From: a virus
Lineage: Duplodnaviria; Caudoviricetes
Strand: one strand, 5' to 3'
IMG/VR virus record: IMGVR_UViG_3300046002_006899
Location: 1 to 40,038 of that record
Length of the DNA stretch: 40,038 nucleotides
In this document: positions 1-8,900 of the stretch, piece by piece
Numbering within the stretch: position 1 is the stretch's first letter
Layout: each line of letters starts with the position of its first letter
Notes under the pieces: generated by a model
What the model saw: the letters and a program-made list of their open reading frames with translations, nothing else
Database searches by the model: none
What the model was told of the DNA's origin: nothing
Program-made: the position numbers and the translations under genes

Positions 1-127
1 AGGATGTAATGGAAAGTTTTGCGGCCTTCGCGGCTTTACGGACTCGGCGGGAGAGTGTTCTTGGGACATAGAAGCCGAGCATTTCTTTGTCTGAGGCGTG
101 AACGTTTGGCATAAATGGGGGGGGGGG
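1..127 (+). repeat. Terminal direct repeat, left copy (probable assembly overlap)
   Basis: Identical to 39912-40038; 127 is a common assembler k-mer size. Confidence 0.95.
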
Positions 128-128
128 G
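117..128 (-). repeat. G12/C12 homopolymer 4 nt upstream of the RHH gene start codon
   Basis: Minus strand reads GA-C12-ATTT-ATG; the ATG at 112 equals 40023. Confidence 0.9.
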
Positions 129-156
129 TCTTGGTCGTGTTGTCGGGTGCGTGCTG

Positions 157-177
157 CGCTCTCAGTGTGTGAGAGCG
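157..177. promoter_or_regulatory. Inverted repeat CGCTCTCA-N5-TGAGAGCG (operator or leader hairpin)
   Basis: Perfect 8-bp arms between attP and the RHH gene. Confidence 0.5.
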
Positions 178-189
178 ACCACTGCCTCA

Positions 190-202
190 GGTTACTAGAA
201 CC
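190..202. promoter_or_regulatory. Operator variant GGTTACTAGAACC
   Basis: One mismatch to the motif GGTTACTATAACC found four times elsewhere, here in the opposite orientation. Confidence 0.6.
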
Positions 203-266
203 AGCAAGCGGAGATTTATTTATTTATCGCAACCCGTCCACTATTTCATATCAACCGCTTTCAGCA

Positions 267-288
267 ATGGCACAAATTGCCCACAAAT
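267..288 (+). promoter_or_regulatory. Integrase arm-type sites (P arm)
   Basis: Tandem 11-mers ATGGCACAAAT and TGCCCACAAAT resemble TGACCACAAAC on the other side of the att core. Confidence 0.65.
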
Positions 289-323
289 GAGGGTAAGGCA
301 TTGAACTGCAAGAGCAAAACCCT

Positions 324-381
324 AGACTCAAAATCTTGTATCCGTGAGGATGTGTCGGTTCGAGTCCGACCGCCGGTACCA
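324..381 (+). other. attP: attP core: 3' half of tRNA-Leu(CAA)
   Basis: Anticodon loop CTCAAAA, long variable arm ATCC-GTGA-GGAT, T arm GTCGG-TTCGAGT-CCGAC, acceptor strand CGCCGGT-A-CCA. No D arm or 5' acceptor strand. About 100 bp upstream of the integrase. Confidence 0.92.
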
Positions 382-442
382 TCAAAGAAGGCCGCTTTAC
401 TGGGAGGAGTGGACGTTTCAGGCAAATGGGTGCAGGATTGCC

Positions 443-484
443 GACCATAGCAACCGACCACACTTTGACCACAAACTGACCACA
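443..484 (+). promoter_or_regulatory. Integrase arm-type sites (P' arm)
   Basis: GACCACA at 456, 467 and 478 (11-bp period) plus GACCATA at 443; the last copy abuts the integrase ATG. Confidence 0.7.
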
Positions 485-1566
485 TGAGCGACTCCCACAC
501 CGTCACATGGCAGCGAAAGAACTACACGCTCACTCCCCACCGCGAGGGCTGGAGACTCCGCAGCCGCGCCCGAGGCAACAGGATAGACCTCGTTTTCCCC
601 TCGTGCTCCATCACGAGCGCGAAGCGTCAGGCCCGCGAACACTTCGAGGGAGAGCAGAAGATACTAGCCCGAGGCGACAAGGCGACACTTGAGGAGGTGC
701 TCGCTGTTTACCGACAGATGCCCAAGAAAGCAGGCGAGAAGGCCGCATACATAAACGAGTGCCGACTGCGGGCCGTGATCCGCACCACACTCAAGAGAGA
801 ACTGCGCGACGTGACAGTGAGCGAGATCGGCCCTCAGCTTTGGCTTGATTACATGGCCTCGAAGCTTGGCGGGAAAATCGACCTCGCCCGCCGCCGCCCA
901 GGCAATGCGGCCGTAAATTCTGCCGTGCGTTGTGCGGCCTCGATCTTCATCGAGCGCCTACGTCCAGGCTACCGAGCCCTCGGGGTGATCGTGCCAGACG
1001 ACGCGACGAATATTCAATGGCTCCCCACGATGCAGATCCCCAAGCCCTCGGTGCGGCCCGAGTTGCTCGAAATATGGGGAGCCATGAACAAGGGCGCGAT
1101 GTACTGGACGATTGGCCTCGCCCGCTTTGCTGGCCTTCGTCGCCACGAGGTGAGCGCCTGCTCTCGCTCGTGGATAGTCGAGGACAAGACAGGGGTGTAC
1201 GTCGAGATGCGCGACCGACCAGAGGAGGGGTTCACCCACAAAACGGGAGAAGTATATCGAGCACGAGTCACGAGCCCAGCCTTTGCCGCTGAGTTGCTCG
1301 CTCGACCTACGGGCCTGATCGTTCAAGAGACAGCCCCAGGCATGACGCGAGATTACTGGTTCCGCTACTACCCGCCCGAATGGCTCAAGCCCTTCACAGG
1401 CACCGCATACAAGCCGCTGCACCGCCTGCGCAGCCTCTACGCCGATGAGGTAAAGAAGCTCACAGCGGATGCGGTAGCAGCCCATCAGGCAGGCGTGAAG
1501 GCCGCGAGCTTTGCTCTCGGACACACGAACACGGACACGACCGAGAAGGCGTATCTCACAGCGTAG
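484..1566 (+). CDS. int: Tyrosine integrase
   Basis: Catalytic motifs AGLRRHEV (R), LHRLRSLY (HxxR) and LGH...AY; adjacent to tRNA-derived attP. Confidence 0.92.
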   Translation: MSDSHTVTWQRKNYTLTPHREGWRLRSRARGNRIDLVFPSCSITSAKRQAREHFEGEQKILARGDKATLEEVLAVYRQMPKKAGEKAAYINECRLRAVIRTTLKRELRDVTVSEIGPQLWLDYMASKLGGKIDLARRRPGNAAVNSAVRCAASIFIERLRPGYRALGVIVPDDATNIQWLPTMQIPKPSVRPELLEIWGAMNKGAMYWTIGLARFAGLRRHEVSACSRSWIVEDKTGVYVEMRDRPEEGFTHKTGEVYRARVTSPAFAAELLARPTGLIVQETAPGMTRDYWFRYYPPEWLKPFTGTAYKPLHRLRSLYADEVKKLTADAVAAHQAGVKAASFALGHTNTDTTEKAYLTA

Positions 1567-1957
1567 GAGGGGGCGGCAATCTTCCAGCCTCGACCATTTG
1601 CCGCTCATCAAGAGCCAGCGCCTTAATCTCATCAGGCAAAGAATCGAAGACATTAATATTCCTACCCCTCCCTGCATCTAGTCGCCCTTGTAAGATTGAC
1701 AACGTATCAACCGCGAGAGCCCCAGCAGAAATTAAAGGTTGGACTAGGGGAGCGATCTCCTTCAAGTCGGCCCGCTTATGGACGCGTACGGCCCGCTGAT
1801 CGTCCAGCACTACCCACCAATCACCCAGCAGGTCTTGCTTCACCAGACACAGAAACTGTGTTACTTCGCCAGGGGTTCGCACCGCTGTGGGACGGGAGAG
1901 AGCAAAAAAGGCCGCGCTCAAATCCTGAGCTTTCGAGGCTGGAACAAACATCTTCAT
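1556..1957 (-). CDS. Hypothetical protein (possible fibre/RBP partner)
   Basis: ATG at 1957 overlaps the upstream stop (ATGA); converges on int. Confidence 0.7.
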   Translation of the reverse strand: MKMFVPASKAQDLSAAFFALSRPTAVRTPGEVTQFLCLVKQDLLGDWWVVLDDQRAVRVHKRADLKEIAPLVQPLISAGALAVDTLSILQGRLDAGRGRNINVFDSLPDEIKALALDERQMVEAGRLPPPPTL

Positions 1958-2838
1958 GCCATCAGGGCGCTCCTGATCGCCGCTTCGTTCGCTGTTTGGT
2001 CGCTGGTCCAAATGGCCATCTCTTGAATGGAGTTAGTATCTGAAGTGTATTCAGATGTCCCACTAAACATCCCTATGGCAATCTGGTTGAAGCTAATGGC
2101 TGCCGGTTGGGATATAACCCATGTATTGGTGCCGTCCCTCAGTGTGATACTGCCAGCTCCGTCAAAAATAATAGAGAGCAGATAATTTGAATTAAAAGCA
2201 CCAGAGAAGTCACCAATCCAGGTCAGTGTGCCAGCACCAGTTCCATTTCTATGACAGAACGCGGGCTTTGATGCCCCGTCGCCAAAGCTTCCACTTAGGC
2301 CGAAGGAAAAATAACAGTCAATAATGCTGTTAAAAACTCCGCTGTAAGTTCCATGTTCACCGCGCAAGAAAATACTGACCGGATTACCATCGCTCACCCC
2401 GAACGCATTAGTGACAAGGCTTCCGCCGTGATCGGGAGTCCCGCTTGACACGCGCAATCCACGGCTCGCTGCCTTGCCTCCCACCGTCACCAGACTACCC
2501 GCATCCACCAAAATGCGTTGTTCGTCAGCTGTCGCTTGCAGCAGATCATACCCATTCACCTGCCCCCGCAGCGCCGCCACCGCCACCGAGTTCGCACCCG
2601 CAAAGCTCAGCAGCCCAGCCGCATCAAGCTCCCCATCCGCCAGCGCGCTGACATCCACAGGCGTGTCATCACTCGTCCGCCGCCCTTGCAGCAGCGCCCC
2701 CGAGTAAGACGCCACCAACTTGCGCCGATGGCTCCACGCCTCCAAAGGGGCCGTAAACCCATCCAGAGCGCCCACGAAAGGAGACGACCCACGCGGGCGA
2801 TTCTGACCAGTGAGAGAATTAGAATAGCCGAGCTTCAT
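1954..2838 (-). CDS. Concanavalin/arabinofuranosidase-B-like lectin-fold protein, putative receptor-binding protein
   Basis: N-terminal AWSHRRKLVASYSG..RRTSDD..G.LD resembles the AYSLRKL..YTG..RRSSD phage lectin-fold family; beta-rich C terminus. Confidence 0.6.
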   Translation of the reverse strand: MKLGYSNSLTGQNRPRGSSPFVGALDGFTAPLEAWSHRRKLVASYSGALLQGRRTSDDTPVDVSALADGELDAAGLLSFAGANSVAVAALRGQVNGYDLLQATADEQRILVDAGSLVTVGGKAASRGLRVSSGTPDHGGSLVTNAFGVSDGNPVSIFLRGEHGTYSGVFNSIIDCYFSFGLSGSFGDGASKPAFCHRNGTGAGTLTWIGDFSGAFNSNYLLSIIFDGAGSITLRDGTNTWVISQPAAISFNQIAIGMFSGTSEYTSDTNSIQEMAIWTSDQTANEAAIRSALMA

Positions 2839-2844
2839 AGGAGA

Positions 2845-3105
2845 TCAGTCAAGCCAACCAAGAGCCGCGCCAGTCGCCGGGGTGATGGCAGTAAAAGGGA
2901 TGGGATAGTACACGCCGGCGAGAAACGTTAGCGTCGCCAGGAAAGTAGCATCACCCACATACCCGCGACCTGCGCGAGACGAGGGGAACGTGATAGATGA
3001 GAGCGTGAAGTCACCGTTGACCGGGGTAAACCCTTGGCAGGATGAGGTGATAGCATCGGTGCCGTTGAGCTTCTTATGCCCTGCGTTTGCGTGAGAGTCG
3101 TTCAT
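2845..3105 (-). CDS. Hypothetical small beta-rich protein, possibly virion-associated
   Basis: Coupled ORF (ATGA overlap) in the late operon. Confidence 0.7.
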   Translation of the reverse strand: MNDSHANAGHKKLNGTDAITSSCQGFTPVNGDFTLSSITFPSSRAGRGYVGDATFLATLTFLAGVYYPIPFTAITPATGAALGWLD

Positions 3106-3458
3106 GGCTGGACGTTTGGGATGGGGTTTTTAGGCTGGAACTTTGACCGCTCATTCACCGCCACCGGAACAGCGGCCATGAATGCAGACTTACCGGCGCT
3201 CAGCCAGCCCGCGCCAGTGATGCCGCCGAAAGTCTTCGCGCCGTCACTGTTGACCGCGCAGGACGTGAGGCAGAGAGCACACGCGATGATGAGCGGAGTC
3301 TTGATAACGAGACCCACATGCTTGAGCGCCTCAACGAAGGATTCGAGAGCGGTGTCGTCCTTTGGTGTCGGGGTGAGCTTCACGATGAGGCGGGCTGTGA
3401 GAATGATGCCCGTAAGAGCGGCGATGATGTCGGCCCAATGGGCGAGGAGGTAGTTCAT
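3102..3458 (-). CDS. Holin-like membrane protein with internal lipobox-like segment
   Basis: N-terminal TM helix followed by IVKLTPTPKDD; second hydrophobic stretch ending CLTSC. Confidence 0.6.
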   Translation of the reverse strand: MNYLLAHWADIIAALTGIILTARLIVKLTPTPKDDTALESFVEALKHVGLVIKTPLIIACALCLTSCAVNSDGAKTFGGITGAGWLSAGKSAFMAAVPVAVNERSKFQPKNPIPNVQP

Positions 3459-3712
3459 GGTAGGGTATGGTTAGCGTTTTTTGAGACTGCACCGAGATGA
3501 TGCAAAAGCATGTTGCGGAGTTCGAGGCGATCAGCGTCACAAGCTACGATGTGCGCCTCCATCCCATCGAGCCGCTCCGACCTCTCCGCATTGAGAGCAG
3601 CCACGAGCGAGGTGTTGCCCCGCTGGAGATACCACACAGCGATACCCATCAGGAGGGCAGGGAGGCCAGCAGAAGCGAGAGATTGCCAGATGTCGAAGGG
3701 GGCGGGATTCAT
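3455..3712 (-). CDS. Single-TM plus coiled-coil protein (holin or i-spanin-like)
   Basis: ATG at 3712 (ATGA overlap); GLPALLMGIAVWYL TM segment, then a charged helical tail. Confidence 0.6.
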   Translation of the reverse strand: MNPAPFDIWQSLASAGLPALLMGIAVWYLQRGNTSLVAALNAERSERLDGMEAHIVACDADRLELRNMLLHHLGAVSKNANHTLP

Positions 3713-4350
3713 AGAGTGACAGAAATCTTCCCGCCTTCTTGGCGGATGAGAGGGGGCGAGGAATAACCGTAGAGGACGCGCCCGCTCTTCTGGTCGCAGA
3801 GCGTCGAGCTTGGGGCGATTGACACCTTCATTCCGCGCTGAACGCAGACAGAGAGCCAATACTCAACGCACGCCCTGCCGGTCTGGCCGTCTGCATGCTG
3901 GCCCGCTGTGTAGTCGCAGCCGTAGAGCTTGAGATGCCGCACCTTAAGTAGCAAGGCCATACCGACCGCATAGGCGACTGTGTTGTTGAAGTAAGTGTAA
4001 CGGCCATCGTTGAGCACGTCCTCAAGAGGGAAGGCAACCGAGCCAGGGAACCCCTCATAGGCACGCTGAGAATAGACCGGGCCGGGATGCTTCACGAGCC
4101 AGTCACCAAAGCCAGCAAGCGCAGGGTTTGCCTCGCGGCCTGCCTTTGCAAAGTAGGGTAAGGCATCCATGCAGAAAAGACGGTCGTGTTGAATGACGCC
4201 GCCCATCGCATTGATTGCCCAAGTCTCATCAGCGACCGCATGCCGCGAAGACTTGGCGATGCAATCGTTCATGTAATCGGAGCGACTCGGACCCATGGCG
4301 ACGATTGCGACGCAGTAGGGAGCGCCGCTGTCCCCCGTGGAGGTGCTCAC
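3709..4350 (-). CDS. Sialyltransferase/Maf/MptE-like fold protein
   Basis: VAIVAMGPS, WAIN, DRLFCMD, NTVAYAVGMA and LKLYGCDY follow the motif order of that fold. GTG at 4350 overlaps the fibre stop; alternative start 4365. Confidence 0.55.
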   Translation of the reverse strand: MSTSTGDSGAPYCVAIVAMGPSRSDYMNDCIAKSSRHAVADETWAINAMGGVIQHDRLFCMDALPYFAKAGREANPALAGFGDWLVKHPGPVYSQRAYEGFPGSVAFPLEDVLNDGRYTYFNNTVAYAVGMALLLKVRHLKLYGCDYTAGQHADGQTGRACVEYWLSVCVQRGMKVSIAPSSTLCDQKSGRVLYGYSSPPLIRQEGGKISVTL

Positions 4351-5708
4351 TGTCCGGCCTCCCATCGTTCGCCCTTTTCAGGGAGGTATTCGCCATCCCA
4401 GAACGCCACCGAGTGAGCGCGCTGCTTCTCAGTCGCCCGAGGCATGAACCACGAGGGGAACTCACGACGCACACCGAGGCACATCTCATGGAGGCCGTCG
4501 CTCGTGTTGAAGCGAAGAACTTCGCCCGTGATCGTTTCAAGGAAGGCAGGGGGCAGGGGCGCACCCACTGGCTGCACATGGAAGAAGTAGGGACGGGTAG
4601 CCTCAGCACAAGCAAGCTCGTAAATGCCTGACTCCGTTTTGACGAAAGAACCTTTCGGGCCGGTTGGACCCATTGGACCGGCGACCGTTGACGCCGCGCC
4701 AGTTGGACCAGTGGAGCCAGGACTGCCGGTCGTTCCCGCTGGACCGGTGGGACCGGCTACCGTTGATGCTGCACCGGTCGGCCCTTGAATTCCTTGAATT
4801 CCTTGAATCCCCTGAATGCCTTGGATTCCTTGAAGTCCCGTAGCTCCAGCAACCCCTTGGATACCTTGGATACCTTGAGTGCCTTGCGCCCCCGTCAATC
4901 CAGTATCGCCAGTGAGACCTGTTCCGCCCTGTGCGCCAGTCGCACCAGTGTCGCCCTTGGATGCGAACAGAGTCCAGTCAGAAGGGGACGAGCCGGGGGT
5001 ATCGGCGACGGTTGTGCGCAATGCAATCCATGCGTCGCCCGCATACGTTACGACTTCGCCGGCAAAGTATGTCGTGTCCGCATTGTAGGCGAGACGGAAA
5101 TTCATTGGAGGCCCGACAATACCTTGAATGCCTTGGATGCCTTGAGGCCCAGTCGGACCGACATCGCCGACGACAGCAAGCACCCAGTCACCCACGGACG
5201 CGGAGGCGGAACGGTAAAGCGCCTCGGTGTCGTATTGGATACCGAGTTGACCAGCGCGCCGAGGCTTAACCGCTGCACGCGCCGCATCATTGGCCCAGGC
5301 GTAAGTATCGCGAAGAGCGCCGTCGCCTTCACCGCTCACATAGACCCCGTTCCCGTCGATGGCACGGGCGAGTTGCTGCGTTAGCATCGTCTGTCTATCA
5401 AATGCCTGCTCGATTTGAGCGGCAGACATCGCGCCGGAGGCGGGGAAAACGGTCGGCTGAGTCAGTGGCAGGAACCGATAGACCACGAGCTGAACGTCCG
5501 AGGCGATGGCCGGATTCGTTTTGACCTCAGCGGGTGATGCCGTGACGACGTAAAGATTCTCGTCGAGATCCACGATAGCGCCCGCGCCGTTCAAGGTGCC
5601 GACCTTGACGTGAGCCACGTCGAGGAAAGTGAAGCTAATGGGATACGCGACAGTGGTCGAGCCATTGCCCGTAAAAACTAGCCGCGTAATTTCTGAATCG
5701 ACTGCCAT
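4347..5708 (-). CDS. Tail fibre: T7 gp17-like N terminus, CBM5/12-like module, collagen repeats, possible C-terminal chaperone domain
   Basis: FTGNGSTTVAYPISFTFLD anchor; YNADTTYFAGEVVTYAGDAW...PG...W; long Gly-X-Y runs. Start taken at ATG 5708, downstream of the promoter motif. Confidence 0.85.
   Translation of the reverse strand: MAVDSEITRLVFTGNGSTTVAYPISFTFLDVAHVKVGTLNGAGAIVDLDENLYVVTASPAEVKTNPAIASDVQLVVYRFLPLTQPTVFPASGAMSAAQIEQAFDRQTMLTQQLARAIDGNGVYVSGEGDGALRDTYAWANDAARAAVKPRRAGQLGIQYDTEALYRSASASVGDWVLAVVGDVGPTGPQGIQGIQGIVGPPMNFRLAYNADTTYFAGEVVTYAGDAWIALRTTVADTPGSSPSDWTLFASKGDTGATGAQGGTGLTGDTGLTGAQGTQGIQGIQGVAGATGLQGIQGIQGIQGIQGIQGPTGAASTVAGPTGPAGTTGSPGSTGPTGAASTVAGPMGPTGPKGSFVKTESGIYELACAEATRPYFFHVQPVGAPLPPAFLETITGEVLRFNTSDGLHEMCLGVRREFPSWFMPRATEKQRAHSVAFWDGEYLPEKGERWEAGQ
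4783..4836 (-). repeat. 9-bp tandem repeats encoding (GIQ)n collagen
   Basis: About six CCTTGAATN-like units with synonymous variation. Confidence 0.85.
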
Positions 5709-5719
5709 GTCGCCAACCG

Positions 5720-5744
5720 GGGGAATCACTGAGGTCGAAGTCAA
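5720..5744 (-). promoter_or_regulatory. Late promoter motif (tail fibre)
   Basis: TTGAC-N12-GATTCCCC, 11 nt before the ATG. Confidence 0.75.
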
Positions 5745-5794
5745 CCGCTATATTAGCGATGGACGCGTGCGCTTTTGGAGTGCATTAGGTGACT

Positions 5795-5938
5795 ATGAAA
5801 ATCGCACTCATTGCCATTGCGGCCCTTGCTCTCGGATACGTCGCAGGAATCTCCCGCGAGAGCGCCCGACGCGACTCCCTTAAGAGCCGCGTCGATTCGT
5901 TCATTCTCGGAGTCGAGAGCGAAGTCGCCCGCCGTTAA
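5795..5938 (+). CDS. 47-aa single-TM protein on the opposite strand (moron-like)
   Basis: MKIALIAIAALALGYVAGISRESARRDSLKSRVDSFILGVESEVARR*; fills an intergenic gap; its stop overlaps the giant ORF stop (TTAA). Confidence 0.65.
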   Translation: MKIALIAIAALALGYVAGISRESARRDSLKSRVDSFILGVESEVARR

Positions 5939-8900
5939 TCGAACGCGTTCCCGATCATCTTCGCGGCGTCAGTGAAGACGTGCGACATCGCAGCAATGCC
6001 CGCGAGGTTGTCAGCGCCAGGGATAGGCAGCAGCGCAGAGGCAGAGAGAATCGTATCCACGTCCTTGATGAGCTTCACCGCATCATCCTCGCCATTGAGC
6101 AGGCGCTCGATAGCCGCAGGGGAATGCACGAGGCCGCTCAGCATGCCGCCGTTCCCGCTGAGTTCATCCACGAGAGGGATACCATGGAAGGGCGAGGCGA
6201 GCGTCTGACTCATCAGATGCGCGACGCTCCACTTTTCTTTTCTGTCATCGCCACCGGCTTCCTTGAGCAGGTTCTTAAGCACAGCGGGAAGCAAGCCACC
6301 GACGACCGTCGCGAGGAAAACAACCTTCGCCGCGTACACCGGATCTTTCTTGGCATTCACGATACCCCAGGCAGCGAGCGCGAGCTTCTGCCGAGCCTCG
6401 GAGGCGTAGGCCCATCCAACTTTTGCGAGAGGGTTTGTCGAGGCCACCTCGAAGAAGGAGCGCGTCGCCATACGGACAGGCTGAGCGACCTGCTCAGTCT
6501 CCCGCTCAGCTTCACCGTGAGCATACGTCTCAAGCTCCACACCTGTGAGTAGAGCCTTGCGCCCCTGCTCACGATGGAAGTCGAGAAGGATTGCATACGT
6601 GCCACCTGTAAAGAGACCGTCAGCAGCAGAGACCAGTTGACCGAGCCAGCGAACCGAGCGGCTGATTTGATTCGGACTCTTGGCGGTCGCGAGCGACTGC
6701 ATCGCCTGCCGCACAATCGGCGGAGCGTTCTTGATACGCCGCTGCATGAAGGGCGAGTTGATTGCATCGCCCCATCCAAGCTGCCCCCTGTTGAGCTTGT
6801 AAAGGCGCGTCGTGAAATCGAGAACAGGCATCTTTACCGATGCCGCCGCAAGCTGAGTGCTCTGGACAGCCAGCACCGAGATACGACCGAGCAGGCCGAC
6901 CGTAGCCGCTCGATTCGTCACGGCCCGCATTCCTTCCGTCAGTGCCACACCTGCCGAGGCATCCTTCACGCCGTTCGTTGCGATGGCATCGCGCCACTTG
7001 CCAACCATGAGAACAGCCTCGCGGCTTGCCTTTGCCTCAACTGCGTTCATCACCTCGCGATTGCCGAGGATGCCCGTCATTTCCTGAGCGAGATCGTAGT
7101 AGGCTTTCCAATGAGCCATCATCTTTTTGTGAGCGATGATCTTCGTCACTGCGTCGCGGAAGTCAGGCTCAGCGACCGCCGACACCGAGCGCGTGCGGAG
7201 ACTGCCAGGGGTGAGAATCGAGCCCGTCGTCGAGTGCCCCGTTGAGGGGTCGATCATCTCGCCTTGCTTCGCCGTGACAGGCTTCACAGAGATAGGCGAG
7301 TAGAGGCTATTGTGAGCCATGTTTACGCCGTTGCGCTCACGATAGAGCGGGTTCAACTGCGACCACTCGGAGGCGTAGTTGTCAGAGACCCACGCCATCA
7401 CCTCGAACGCCTCGGGAGACATCGCCGCCGTGACGCGATCAATCCAGGCCTGATCGTAATGCCATGCGCTAGTGACCTTGCCGCTCTCGTCGAAAGTCCC
7501 TTCCATGTGGCGACGACCGTCCTCTTGCCGCCAAGTGAGGAAGGCGTCGATTGCTTGGAGTTGTGAGATTGTGCTCGTGCCCGTGTCGATGTTCTTTTGT
7601 GACATCGAGAACCGGAGACGCTCACCCGCGAGTTCATCGCTTTCGAGCTTCTTGCCACCACCAGCCAAGCGAACGAACAGAGCTTCTAGGCCATCGGCAA
7701 ACTCTTGATTTTCGTCCTCGTATTGATTCGATGCGCCTCGCTCCATATCGATGAGCGCATTCACGAGGTCGCTCTCTCCGAAGCTATATGTCAGCAACTC
7801 GTGAAACGAGGAGAGTGAGAGCATTGCGCTCCTGAGCTTCCCCGTGAATGTCGCCGCGACCTTCTCCGCAGCATCCCGCCCGCGCTGAGTGCCCGCCGTG
7901 CCAGTCGAGGCGATGAGCGCCCGTTGCATGGCCTGCCACCGCTCACGCCTCGCAATGAGACGCTGCTTCTGTGCAAGGGTGCCGTAGCGCATGAGATCCG
8001 TGAGCGCGTCAATCGCTGAGTAAATCCGCCCCACGTCCGCGCCATCATAGCCGCGCACCCGCACCGGGTTTCCCTTCACGTTGATCTTGCCCGAGTCCAT
8101 CGAGCGAGGGAACAAGTTCCCGCAGAGTTCAACGATACCGCGCTCCATCTCCGCAGTCACCGCCTCTTGCGGAGTGAGTGTGTCACTCGCGAGAATAACG
8201 TCGAGCTTCGCAAGCTCACCGGCGACCTGCACCTCAGTCATTCGAGAGACGGCCTCGGCACGTTGGAAGAGGAAATGCTCATCAGCGCCGAGCTTACCCT
8301 TTGCTTTCTTGCCTGCCGTGTAGTCAGCCGCCGCCTTCTTGAAGAGAGCCGTCACTTCGTCGAGCCCCTCCTTGCGGAGCCACTTCGCAAGCTCTTCATC
8401 GAGCTTCTGAATGCGAGCCTCGATTTCCTTGAGCATGGCCTCGTCTGTAGCCAGACCGGCCAGCTTCACGTACCCGCCGACCTTCACGCGCACCTCGGCA
8501 GGCACAGCAGATAGAAGAGCGTCGAGAGTGCGCAGCCCGCCTTGCAGCATCTTGCGCTGTGTTGCGTCACTGCCCGACGTTGCCCGCTCCTTGTTCGCCC
8601 AGGCCGTAGCCTCAAGCTTCGCGTCAGCTTTTGCGCGCGCCCGAATATCCGCAGCCTGAGCGAGCGCCTGCTTATATTCAGCGTTGCCCTTCTCGATAGA
8701 GGCGAACGTCGAGGCGATAGCGTCCCAGAGATCGTCAGTCTTGTCACCAGCCACGAGGCCGGGATTGTCACCCTCAAGGATGGAATTCAAAAGCTGGTCG
8801 GGAGTCGCCCCGCCGCCATACATCCACGATGGAAGCACAGGCATGCCGTTATATTGATCGAGCGTCTTACCTTGTCTCTTGGCCTCAGTGAAGGACATGA

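Noticed and set aside
290-381. Intact phage tRNA-Leu gene
   Set aside because: No D arm and no 5' acceptor strand complementary to CGCCGGT; it is an att core fragment.
1954-5708. Diversity-generating retroelement as in BPP-1
   Set aside because: No reverse transcriptase and no template/variable repeat pair seen.
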